Origin: Minisyncoccota bacterium
Lineage (GTDB): Bacteria; Patescibacteriota; Minisyncoccia; Phycocordibacterales; UBA918
Direction of reading: 5' to 3'
NCBI GenBank assembly: GCA_018062385.1
Contig: JAGOSI010000001.1
Coordinates: forward strand, 5,904 to 69,903
DNA: 64,000 nt
In this document: positions 18,026 to 26,781 of the stretch, one piece after another
How the letters are laid out: each line of letters begins with the position of its first letter
How positions within the stretch are numbered: the first letter of the stretch is position 1
Made by a program: the position numbers and the translations under genes
Notes under the pieces: generated by a model
What the model saw: the letters and a program-made list of their open reading frames with translations, nothing else
What the model was told of the DNA's origin: nothing
Databases searched by the model: none

Positions 18026-18454
18026 ATGAAAAAAACTACTTTAGTGTTTGCTGCTGTAGCATTGATGGTGTCTAGTTACACCTTCGCAGGTGGTCAGTAT
18101 GGAAAAAGTGGTGTCTTTGTAAGCAGTGCAACCAATGCTGGTGCGTTTACCAGTAAGGGTACCTCCGAAGTCGGCTTTGTTGGCGTGGGAGGAGGGCAGG
18201 CACATAGTCCTACTGGAAAAGTTGCGGTTAATTCCGCAACCGAACAGTACGGTGCTGCTCAGGGAGGTCAGAGTGATATTCTTACTTCCGTGAACACAGG
18301 TGCAATAGCACTGCAAAATAAAGGCTCGTCATCGGCTTCGGCTGGGTCAGAGACTGTCACCACTTCTTCAGTGAAGAACGGTACAGCTGTCACCTCGGCT
18401 GGTGCGACGGTGAATGCAGTTGCCAATAATTGGCATAGCCACTTTCACCATTAA
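18026..18454 (+). CDS. secreted Gly/Ser/Thr/Ala-rich low-complexity protein with His-rich C-terminus (NNWHSHFHH)
   Basis: Signal peptide MKKTTLVFAAVALMVSSYTFA; RBS aaggaag 8 nt upstream of ATG 18026 (the ORF track starts at an upstream TTG). Confidence 0.55.
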   Translation: MKKTTLVFAAVALMVSSYTFAGGQYGKSGVFVSSATNAGAFTSKGTSEVGFVGVGGGQAHSPTGKVAVNSATEQYGAAQGGQSDILTSVNTGAIALQNKGSSSASAGSETVTTSSVKNGTAVTSAGATVNAVANNWHSHFHH

Positions 18455-18538
18455 AATTAAAGTGAAGTAGTGAATAGCGGAGAGTTTACTCTCCGCTATT
18501 AATTTATTATCTTTTCAATTTTTAAAGAGGGAATAGAG

Positions 18539-19573
18539 ATGAAAAATATATCAATGCAAACAGTATTGATTTCGTTTTTATGTTTATGTTTTTTTTCTAG
18601 TTCTACCTTTGCACAGTCAACGGCTGGTGCTACGGCAGGAGCAAATGCAGGAGCAAATGCAAATGCGAATGGAAATAATAGTGTGGTTGACGTTAGTGCT
18701 ACAGGTGGCAGAGCGTCTTCCGTTTCTGAGTCTTCGGCAATAACTGGGGATTCAAATGCTGAAGCTGTGTCTGGGGATTCAAATGCGGCAATTGGTGCTG
18801 TGTCACCCACTCAAAACACGATAATTCAGTCAAGAACCAGTATTCCAACTTCGCCACCTATACCAGGATTTCCTATGGTAAATCAAACACCACAAATTTT
18901 TGGTCCTTTAGGAAAAACTTTTAATGAGGCAGGAATTTATGTGACTGACGTTCTCGAGTCAGTTTGTCCATCTAGGGCGGTAGCAGGAATAAATATCGCT
19001 AAAAGGAAAATGACCAGCTGGTTTGATGATGAAAGAATCAACTTTGTACCACATATTGATTATGTTTTACAAGAGGCGGACAAACCTTTTGTTAGAAGAT
19101 CTAGTATGATAAAAGTTGGTGTTCGTGGTTATTATAAGTGTGTAGGAATGATTACTGCTACTGCAAAACCTGGAGATGCTCTTGATGTTTCATTTGCTTC
19201 ACTTCGTAATGAAGTTTTGCAAAAGATTACTCGTGACCTTAAAGGTTATGAGGAAATTAAGGTATTTATTGCTAATAATGCAAGAGTGGTGACACCAGCT
19301 GTTGGTTCCACAGGATTTAGTCTCGGTGTGGGCGGTGGCGGTAGTGCCACCCCTTCATCAGTATTTTTGGGTGGAGCGACAGGAGCTTCGATGAGCAGTA
19401 CGACTACTTTTCCTAGAGGAATGGTTGGCTTCACAGCCGTCTTGCTGTCTGAAACAACTGATGGTGATCCAGATGGAGTTTTTGTAAGTTTTGTGGATGA
19501 AAAAGATTTGTCCGAAAATGCGGTTTATACAAATGGGATTGAAGCAGGGAGGAAAAATTCCTTGATTCAATAA
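18539..19573 (+). CDS. secreted hypothetical protein with Ala/Gly/Asn repeat region
   Basis: Signal peptide ...SSTFAQS; TAGATAGANAGANANANGNN repeats; no recognisable domain. Confidence 0.55.
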   Translation: MKNISMQTVLISFLCLCFFSSSTFAQSTAGATAGANAGANANANGNNSVVDVSATGGRASSVSESSAITGDSNAEAVSGDSNAAIGAVSPTQNTIIQSRTSIPTSPPIPGFPMVNQTPQIFGPLGKTFNEAGIYVTDVLESVCPSRAVAGINIAKRKMTSWFDDERINFVPHIDYVLQEADKPFVRRSSMIKVGVRGYYKCVGMITATAKPGDALDVSFASLRNEVLQKITRDLKGYEEIKVFIANNARVVTPAVGSTGFSLGVGGGGSATPSSVFLGGATGASMSSTTTFPRGMVGFTAVLLSETTDGDPDGVFVSFVDEKDLSENAVYTNGIEAGRKNSLIQ

Positions 19574-19596
19574 TAAGTTCTAAAGATTTAGATTTA

Positions 19597-19633
19597 ATAC
19601 CACTTCGACAAAAACGGAGTGGTATTTTTTTTG
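19597..19633 (+). terminator. Rho-independent terminator (ataccact...agtggtat + T8)
   Basis: 8-bp stem, 13-nt loop, long T-run. Confidence 0.65.
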
Positions 19634-19729
19634 TATTTAAAATCTGGGTATTATTGCTTTTTGTATAACAAAAACGCTTGAATATTAAGCCTATAAAGGC
19701 TATACTGCGGGCATATTTAAGTATTTATT

Positions 19730-20335
19730 ATGAAAAAATTTCCACACCAAGAACGAACATTTATTATTTTGAAGCCTGATACGGTTCAACGAAGCCTCGT
19801 CGGCGAGGTTGTAAAGCGGATTGAACGTACTGGTCTCAAGTGTACAGCCATGAAAATGTTTGTCCCTGATGAAGAGCGTTTGATCCAACATTACAACAAA
19901 ACCGACGAATGGTTTTTGAAGAAGGGAACCAATGTGATAAACGATTTAATGGCTCAAGGTCTACCTATAGACAAAGAGCCGATTGAATATGGTCGCGATA
20001 TTATCCGTACTATTGTGAAGTATATGACCGCAGGGCCAGTAGTAGCGATGGTATTTGAAGGAAATCAAGCTGTGCAAGTGGTAATGAAGATTGTAGGTAC
20101 TACCGAACCAACCACTTCTGATGTCGGTACTATTCGTGGTGATTATACTATCGATTCATACGGACATGCTTCTTTTGAAAATCGTGCCGTGAGAAATCTA
20201 GTGCACTGTTCTGATGCTCCAGCTGAAGCCGAACGAGAAATCGCTATTTGGTTTAAGGAAGATGATATTATGAAGTACACAACTGCGCAAGAAAGAATTT
20301 TGTACGACGTGAATTTAGATGGTGTTGATGAATAG
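19730..20335 (+). CDS. ndk: nucleoside diphosphate kinase (with internal insertion)
   Basis: ERTFIILKPDTVQRSLVGEVVKRIE...NLVHCSDAPAEAEREIAIWF (NDK active-site His and C-terminal motif). Confidence 0.85.
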   Translation: MKKFPHQERTFIILKPDTVQRSLVGEVVKRIERTGLKCTAMKMFVPDEERLIQHYNKTDEWFLKKGTNVINDLMAQGLPIDKEPIEYGRDIIRTIVKYMTAGPVVAMVFEGNQAVQVVMKIVGTTEPTTSDVGTIRGDYTIDSYGHASFENRAVRNLVHCSDAPAEAEREIAIWFKEDDIMKYTTAQERILYDVNLDGVDE

Positions 20336-20349
20336 TAGAAGGTGAGCTA

Positions 20350-20401
20350 AAAAAGCCGAGTGGATGTGAAGCATCCACTCGGCTTTTTTTTAATTTTAAA
20401 T
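20350..20401 (+). terminator. Rho-independent terminator after ndk
   Basis: aaaaagccgagtggatg-tgaa-catccactcggcttttttttt. Confidence 0.8.
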
Positions 20402-20474
20402 AATTGATAATTTGGAATTTAGTTGTATAGTAAAAGATGGTAGTACATTTTCATTTACTATTTGGAGGCATATT

Positions 20475-20675
20475 ATGTCAAAAAAAGAGCATTTGATAGA
20501 AGAAGATTCTTTTGAAACAGATCAAAATTCTTATTTGAACAGTGATGAGTTGACTGGTGATTTAGGTTTTCCGGAAAATACTGATGAAGACGACAATGAG
20601 GATTTTACAGATCAGCTTATCGATGAAGAGTTAGATGGTTGTGCCCATAAACGTCCAGTTTTATATGAAGAATAA
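20475..20675 (+). CDS. small acidic hypothetical protein (66 aa)
   Basis: GGAGG RBS 5 nt before ATG 20475; followed by terminator at 20690-20735. Confidence 0.4.
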   Translation: MSKKEHLIEEDSFETDQNSYLNSDELTGDLGFPENTDEDDNEDFTDQLIDEELDGCAHKRPVLYEE

Positions 20676-20972
20676 AAAACATTTAATTGACACACTATTT
20701 AATTACTAAGTAGTGTGTTTTTCCATTTATCAATTGCCAAAATAAATACTTAGTAGTACCATACTAAAGGAACCACATTAACGTATGTTCCGATTAAACA
20801 TTTATGCAGGGTCGCCAGCAGTCTCAAGAGGCCATGAGAATTCGCAAGAAATTTCAGACACCGCTTGGAAATGGTACCCACCTAGAGATTCTAGGAGCAT
20901 ACGTGGTGGTTCCCTTGAAAGTACGCCTCTTACGAGGTGTTTTTTCATGCCTTTTGGAGTAATATAAGTAGT

Positions 20973-21356
20973 ATGAAGACTTACTTCGGCCTAATTTTAT
21001 TCACCTCTTGGTTTTTGTTGGCCGTGCTCCATACTTTCTTCACAGTGTCTTGGTTGTACTGGTATTACACTTGGCTCGATATTCCCATGCATTTGTTTGG
21101 TGGTTTTTTAGTTATGACAACTTGGTTTTATTTTCGTAGTAAAAAGCCTTGGTTGATGGAGTTGTCTAAAAAACCGATCTTTAATCCGATATTTTTATTT
21201 ATTTTAATTATTATTGGTTGGGAAATTTTTCAATTAACTCTCGGTAAGCCTATTTCCAATAATTATGTCAATGACACCAGAACTGATTTGGTGATCGGCT
21301 TGATCGGTGGACTATTAAGTTATTTTTTCTTTTCTTCACGTACAATAGGAAAATAA
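20973..21356 (+). CDS. hypothetical small membrane protein (4 predicted TM helices, Trp/Phe-rich)
   Basis: ORF 20937-21356; likely start MKTYFGL; preceded by a terminator-like hairpin. Confidence 0.5.
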   Translation: MKTYFGLILFTSWFLLAVLHTFFTVSWLYWYYTWLDIPMHLFGGFLVMTTWFYFRSKKPWLMELSKKPIFNPIFLFILIIIGWEIFQLTLGKPISNNYVNDTRTDLVIGLIGGLLSYFFFSSRTIGK

Positions 21357-21359
21357 TAT

Positions 21360-22721
21360 ATGAAATCAACTTTAGGTTTTTATGGAGGTGTCGGCTCAGT
21401 TACAGGAGCAAACTTCATGCTCGATACCGGTGAATTGGCGATTTTGGTAGATTGCGGATTGGTGCAGGGGGATAAATTTGCCATGAATAAAAACGCTGAG
21501 GCATTTGTTTATGATCCAAAAGTAATAGATGTGCTACTAGTGACACATGCTCATGCCGATCATATTGGGCGAATCCCAAAATTGGTTCGCGATGGATTCT
21601 CTGGAAAAATTTACAGCACTACTCCGACTAAAGAACTGGCGGGAGTAATGATGCGTGACGCGCTTAAGGTTATGCAATATGAAGCCAAGAGATTTGGACA
21701 GGAGGTCTTATATAAAGAGGAGGATATCGACATGGCTTTGAGATTGTGGCAGGCCGTAGAATACGAAGATAAGTTTACACTTGGTAAGGATATTGAAGCT
21801 TGGTATACCGATGCTGGGCATATTTTAGGCTCAGGTATGGTGCATTTAGTGCGCGGTGATAAAAAGATCGTTTTCACTGGAGATGTGGGTAATATCCCTC
21901 AGCCTCTTTTGCGGGCGCCTGTTATTCCTAAAGACTATGATTATTTGGTGATGGAAAGTGTGTATGGAGATAGGCTACATGAGGAAGTAGAAGAGCGAAC
22001 TGCGCTTTTGCGTCATTATATTGAAGACACTAAAGCCAAAAATGGTACTTTGATTATTCCGGCTTTTTCATTAGAGCGAACACAATCTATGTTGTTTGAA
22101 ATCAATAATATGGTGGAAGCTCACGATATTGAGCCAATACCCGTTTTCCTTGATTCACCACTTGCTATTACTGTAACTGACACTTATCGTAAATATACTA
22201 ATTATTTACGACCAGAAATTCAGAATCAAATAAAAAAGGGAGATGATATTTTTGACTTCTCTGGTCTAAAGTTCACTCACTCCATTAAAGATTCAGAAGC
22301 AATCAATCGCCAAAAGGGAGCCAAAATTATTATTGCTGGCTCGGGCATGAGTCACGGTGGGAGAATTTTACGTCACGAGAAGGAATATCTAGATAATCCA
22401 AGCACCACTCTCTTATTGGTCGGTTATCAATCAGTTGGAAGTATTGGACGTTTGCTTCAAGATGGTGCCAGAAGCCTGGTGATTGATGGTGAGAAGGTGA
22501 AAATAAAAGCTCAGATTGCAATGATCAGAGGTTTCTCTGGTCACGCTGATCGCGATCAGTTGATTGAGCTAGTGGCACATGGTGGCCACAAAGCCAAGCA
22601 GGTGTTTGTTGTTATGGGGGAGGAGCGATCAGCTTTGTTCTTGACTCAAAGATTGCATGATTATTTGGGTATTAATGCCGTGGCACCAGATTTAAATCAG
22701 GAAGTAGTAATTGATTTTTAA
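21360..22721 (+). CDS. beta-CASP family metallo-beta-lactamase fold ribonuclease (TTHA0252/RNase J-like)
   Basis: HAHADHIGRIP (HxHxDH), later D and H motifs, C-terminal RNA-metabolising MBL domain; 453 aa. Confidence 0.7.
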   Translation: MKSTLGFYGGVGSVTGANFMLDTGELAILVDCGLVQGDKFAMNKNAEAFVYDPKVIDVLLVTHAHADHIGRIPKLVRDGFSGKIYSTTPTKELAGVMMRDALKVMQYEAKRFGQEVLYKEEDIDMALRLWQAVEYEDKFTLGKDIEAWYTDAGHILGSGMVHLVRGDKKIVFTGDVGNIPQPLLRAPVIPKDYDYLVMESVYGDRLHEEVEERTALLRHYIEDTKAKNGTLIIPAFSLERTQSMLFEINNMVEAHDIEPIPVFLDSPLAITVTDTYRKYTNYLRPEIQNQIKKGDDIFDFSGLKFTHSIKDSEAINRQKGAKIIIAGSGMSHGGRILRHEKEYLDNPSTTLLLVGYQSVGSIGRLLQDGARSLVIDGEKVKIKAQIAMIRGFSGHADRDQLIELVAHGGHKAKQVFVVMGEERSALFLTQRLHDYLGINAVAPDLNQEVVIDF

Positions 22722-22733
22722 GCTAAAAATATT

Positions 22734-22793
22734 AAGACCGAAGCCGTAGGCTTCGGTCTTAATAAAACCACCCGCCGTAGGCGGGTGGTTTTT
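22734..22793. terminator. Two tandem terminator hairpins shared by the RNase gene (+) and rplT (-)
   Basis: aagaccgaagcc-gtag-ggcttcggtctt and aaaaccacccgcc-gtag-gcgggtggttttt. Confidence 0.75.
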
Positions 22794-22796
22794 AGA

Positions 22797-23141
22797 TTAC
22801 TTTACGCTCTCTACTAAGCGAGTGAAAGCTTCTGGGCGATCCTTGGCCATAGTGGCTAGAATTTTGCGATCAATCTCGATGTTCTTAGTTTTCAATTGAT
22901 TGATGAAGCGGCTGTACTTTAGACCAAATGCCATTAGGGCAGCATTGATGCGTACTGTCCAAAGACGACGGAAGTCATTCTTTTTATCCTTACGATGGGC
23001 AAAAGCGTGTAGTTGAGCGTGATAAATAGCTTCACGCGCCACTCGCTTTTTCTTTGATCGTTGTAGACGGTAACCCTTAACTTGGTCAAGGATATTGCGG
23101 CGTCTTTTTTGGGCCATTAGGCCTCCTTTTACTCTTGCCAT
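22797..23141 (-). CDS. rplT: 50S ribosomal protein L20
   Basis: MARVKGG..AQKRRRNILDQVKGYRL... Confidence 0.95.
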   Translation of the reverse strand: MARVKGGLMAQKRRRNILDQVKGYRLQRSKKKRVAREAIYHAQLHAFAHRKDKKNDFRRLWTVRINAALMAFGLKYSRFINQLKTKNIEIDRKILATMAKDRPEAFTRLVESVK

Positions 23142-23171
23142 ACTTTTTTATTAAAACTACTACTAAATGGA

Positions 23172-23363
23172 CTACGCACCGGTCTTAGGAAGAAAACGGC
23201 GAGTAATACGCTTGCTGAGGGTAAGAAGCTGTGTACGCTTGCGACGTAGGCGTTGTTGCCCAGTTTGACGAGCGTTGAAGTGGTTTTGCCCAGGCTTACG
23301 AGCTACCAATTTACCGTTCTTAGTTACTTTTATGCGTTTCGTGAATGATTTATTTGTCTTCAT
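23172..23363 (-). CDS. rpmI: 50S ribosomal protein L35
   Basis: MKTNKSFTKRIKVTKNGKLVARKPGQNHFNARQ... Confidence 0.9.
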   Translation of the reverse strand: MKTNKSFTKRIKVTKNGKLVARKPGQNHFNARQTGQQRLRRKRTQLLTLSKRITRRFLPKTGA

Positions 23364-23438
23364 AATTATTTACTTGCCGGAGCTGAAGTGTCGCAACTAT
23401 AGCGTATCTCGACTACTATGTCAAAACCCCAAGTTATG

Positions 23439-24104
23439 CTAAATCATACCGGCTTCTAGGAAGTCGTCAAGGTTCTTTTTCTTTGATTTATTGATACCGG
23501 TTTCGCTTGGAACTGAAGCTTTTTTATTTTCTACCTTAACAATCTTTGGTAGTTGAGTTTTTGGTTGTCCGGCCACACGCTCAATGGTGATGGTAAAGCC
23601 TTTTGGGCTTCTTTTCATCTCGTCAGCCACTTTATATTCGGTAGGAATGATCTTCATAAAGCGATCTAGCCTTTCTTTTAGGAAACCTTCTTCCATGAAC
23701 TTATAGCGTCCCCAGAGGAACAAGTCGATTTTTACTCGATGACCCTCTTCCAGCCATTCAGCGGTTCTTTTAGCCTTTAATTGCTGATCGTGTTCACCAG
23801 TGCCGATTTTAACCTGCACGCTCTTGGTTTCTGTGACATGAGACTTAGCCTTTACTTCTCGAGCCTTACGGCCAGTTTGATAGCGAAATTTACCAAAGTC
23901 CATGATCTTGGCTACGGGCGGGTTGGCGTTTGGGGAAATTTCAATTAGATCAAGACTGTGTGCCTCGGCGATCTTCATGGCTTCAGCCACGGTTAAAAGA
24001 CCCAGGTTTTCACCTTCTGGCCCCACGACTCGCAATTGCTCCGCTTTAATCGCATGGTTAATGCGAGTTTTAATTTGTTTTTGGACCGAAAATTGTTTTG
24101 ACAA
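23439..24104 (-). CDS. infC: translation initiation factor IF-3 with C-terminal Lys-rich extension
   Basis: IF3 N- and C-domains (…AIKAEQLRVVGPEGENLGLL…, …KSVQVKIGTGEHDQQ…); infC-rpmI-rplT order. Confidence 0.9.
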   Translation of the reverse strand: MSKQFSVQKQIKTRINHAIKAEQLRVVGPEGENLGLLTVAEAMKIAEAHSLDLIEISPNANPPVAKIMDFGKFRYQTGRKAREVKAKSHVTETKSVQVKIGTGEHDQQLKAKRTAEWLEEGHRVKIDLFLWGRYKFMEEGFLKERLDRFMKIIPTEYKVADEMKRSPKGFTITIERVAGQPKTQLPKIVKVENKKASVPSETGINKSKKKNLDDFLEAGMI

Positions 24105-24323
24105 GAAAATTTGACTTATTGGATAAAAATAATTTTTGAGATGTGCCTAGATTTTTTATGTTAACCCCCAACGTTTAGGCAACTATTGGTAACAAAAATT
24201 TACCATAAAAACACGAATAAGCAACTACTTTTAAACAGGTTTAAGTTTTTTGCTATTGGTTCTAGATAATTGTCGATTATTTGTGATAATTAAAAATTTT
24301 AATGTTATAATTTTCAGCATAAT

Positions 24324-24962
24324 ATGCCAAGAGTAAGTGCTAAAGATATAAGTGAAGAATCTAAGCGTGCCCCACGTCGTCAGGTGGTGCGAAAAGCCTC
24401 CTCACCTCGAGTTAGAAAAACCACAGCTACGGGAATACCGAAAGATCGAGTGGTAGAGGAGATTAATGCTCCTGTGCGTAGAGCGCCTACTAATGTATCT
24501 GATAATAAATCCCGTGTTCGTTTTTCTCGCAAAACTATTATCTTCAGTGGTGCTTTTGTGGCAGTGTTGGCTACTTCTGTTTGGATTGGTACTGCCGATA
24601 ATGGTCAAATAAATGTAGCGTCAAAAATTGAAGAACGTAATAATCAAATCGCTAATGGCGAATTTACTGCCGACAATTCTTCTGGGGTCAATGGTGGTCA
24701 AATGATTCCCGTACAAAATAGCGCACCTACTGTACCAAATGGTGGCCTAAAGGGGCGAGGAGTTGGTACTGCATCAGTAAGTCAGCAGGCAGCTGTTGTT
24801 GCGGCTGAAGATGCTAATGCTTCTAGTACTGAAGATATCAGTACTAGCACAGAGGAGATAAATAATAATGAGGCGAGTGAGACTAATACTGAAAGTGCAG
24901 ATGGTGTCAATTCAGATCTTGGGGGAGAAGAAGGAGAGGCTGCGGTTGGTTCGGAAATTTAG
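24324..24962 (+). CDS. hypothetical protein, basic N-terminus, one TM helix, Ser/Thr/Asn/Glu-rich low-complexity tail
   Basis: 212-aa ORF; single hydrophobic helix IIFSGAFVAVLATSVWIG. Confidence 0.45.
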   Translation: MPRVSAKDISEESKRAPRRQVVRKASSPRVRKTTATGIPKDRVVEEINAPVRRAPTNVSDNKSRVRFSRKTIIFSGAFVAVLATSVWIGTADNGQINVASKIEERNNQIANGEFTADNSSGVNGGQMIPVQNSAPTVPNGGLKGRGVGTASVSQQAAVVAAEDANASSTEDISTSTEEINNNEASETNTESADGVNSDLGGEEGEAAVGSEI

Positions 24963-24976
24963 GATTAAGTTAAACT

Positions 24977-25010
24977 AAAAGCGCCGGCACGAAGTGCCGG
25001 CGCTTTTTTG
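24977..25010. terminator. Bidirectional terminator (gcgccggcac-gaa-gtgccggcgc) between 24324 gene and SET gene
   Basis: 10-bp GC stem with A-run and T-run flanks. Confidence 0.75.
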
Positions 25011-25016
25011 TTTGAT

Positions 25017-25436
25017 TTATACTTCTTTCGTTTTTTTCTCGAGACAGGCCGTACATTTACAATTGTCTTTACCAATCAGTTCATTAAAGTAGAATTTTCC
25101 GTAATTGTAAGTTAATTCTTCACCAGATTTAATGTTTCTCTTGGCATAAATATAAATATGTTCTTCCTCGTCATCTAGTTCTGGATAGCTATTTGGTTTG
25201 CAAGAATGATTGATATAGCGAGCTAAATTATCGCGTCCTTTGCCGTCGATGGTCCATTCATTATTTAGTTCAAATAAATATTTTCCACCACGCTTATTGG
25301 CTTCCTCTTCAGTAATTTTTTCGCCAGTGTACTCAATAATCATTTCACCTTTTTTAAAGTCGCGTCGAGCAAATAATCCAAGACCACTTTGACTCTTTTT
25401 GGTTTGCACATTTTCATTTTTCATAGGTGACAACAT
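25017..25436 (-). CDS. SET domain protein (putative protein-lysine methyltransferase) with post-SET Cys cluster
   Basis: GLGLFARRDFKKGEMIIEYTGE...ARYINHSCKPN...GEELTYNY, then CKCTAC. Confidence 0.75.
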   Translation of the reverse strand: MLSPMKNENVQTKKSQSGLGLFARRDFKKGEMIIEYTGEKITEEEANKRGGKYLFELNNEWTIDGKGRDNLARYINHSCKPNSYPELDDEEEHIYIYAKRNIKSGEELTYNYGKFYFNELIGKDNCKCTACLEKKTKEV

Positions 25437-25591
25437 TATAATTGACCCAGTGGTTTTGAACAGTGTATAAAAAATAATTTAGGGGAAATTTGTTATTATG
25501 TGTCTATGAATAGAACTCTTCGGGGGAAGTTGGAAATACTAAGCTCAGTTGTGTTGAGAGAGGAAAGAGGAAATCATTTTTAAATTAATTT

Positions 25592-26779
25592 ATGTCTACT
25601 ATTCTTATTATCAACCCTGGGAGTTCTTCAAAAAAAATTACCCTCTACAAAGATGATATCAAGCTCATGGATACTTCGGTTGAGGCCGGAGCTGATGGTT
25701 ATAATGTGTGTACCACTGTTAAGGGTGTGCAACAACAGTGTCTGCCGGTCAATCGTCTACGTTTCAATGATTCCTTGGCAGATTTTCTTAAACAAGCGGT
25801 GGAATCAAAAAACCTTGATAATCTAATGGAAATAAAAACCGTAGCACTTAGAGTTATTGCGCCCGGAACTTTCTTTCAGAGTCATCGAGAATTGAATGCA
25901 GAATATTTACAAAACTTGCAAGAATCTGAAAGTTTGGCTCCTCTCCATATCTCACCCCTACTAAAGGAAATTTCTTTACTAAAAAAAATATTACCTCAGG
26001 CTAGACTATTTGGTTTGTCTGACACAGCTTTTCATCAGACGATCCCCGATTATATTCGTAATTATTCTCTACCGACTGCTGAAGCTGAAAAGTATGATCT
26101 CTACCGTTTCGGTTGTCATGGGTTGTCTGTGGCTTCGGTGGTGGAGCGATTGCATTCGGTAGTAGGGGTAGATCCGGCTAGGGTAATTGTTTGTCATATT
26201 GGGAGCGGGGTAAGTGTGACGGCAGTAAAAGGAGGAAAAAGCTTTGATACATCTGCCGGCTATGTACCTGAAACTGGTCTCATAATTGGGAGTAAGGCAG
26301 GAGATTTAGATAGTGGAGCCCTATTAGCTCTAATGAAGAAACAGCACCTAAAACCAATCGACACCGATAATTACCTTCAAACTCAAGGCGGATTATTTGG
26401 TCTTTCAGGGGAAATTGACTTGCGTCTATTGTTGGAGCGGAAGGTTAAAGGTGATTTGGTTGCAATTAAAACGCTAGATAGTTTTGTCTATCAGATCAAA
26501 AAGAAAATTGGATCTTTTATGACCGGAATGGGTGGCGTGGATCTCTTGGTTTTTACCGCCACCGCTGGCGAACGGAGTCCAGCCTTAAGGTCTATGATTA
26601 CTGCTGAATTGTCCGATCTCGGCATTGCACTTGATACTGAAAAGAATGATTTATGTATTGGTAAGAATGGGGTGATTAGTCAGGTGGGGTCTTTGGTCAA
26701 AGTTGCTGTAATCAAAAGTGATGAGACGAGTGAGATAATGAGAATTCTAAAACCAGTAAAAACCACAGTGACTTATTAG
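25592..26779 (+). CDS. ackA: acetate/propionate kinase family protein
   Basis: ILIINPGSSSKK, FGCHGLSVASV, HIGSGVSVTAVKGGKSFDTSAGYVPETGLIIGSKAGDLD match ASKHA acetate kinase motifs. Confidence 0.7.
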   Translation: MSTILIINPGSSSKKITLYKDDIKLMDTSVEAGADGYNVCTTVKGVQQQCLPVNRLRFNDSLADFLKQAVESKNLDNLMEIKTVALRVIAPGTFFQSHRELNAEYLQNLQESESLAPLHISPLLKEISLLKKILPQARLFGLSDTAFHQTIPDYIRNYSLPTAEAEKYDLYRFGCHGLSVASVVERLHSVVGVDPARVIVCHIGSGVSVTAVKGGKSFDTSAGYVPETGLIIGSKAGDLDSGALLALMKKQHLKPIDTDNYLQTQGGLFGLSGEIDLRLLLERKVKGDLVAIKTLDSFVYQIKKKIGSFMTGMGGVDLLVFTATAGERSPALRSMITAELSDLGIALDTEKNDLCIGKNGVISQVGSLVKVAVIKSDETSEIMRILKPVKTTVTY

Positions 26780-26781
26780 TT

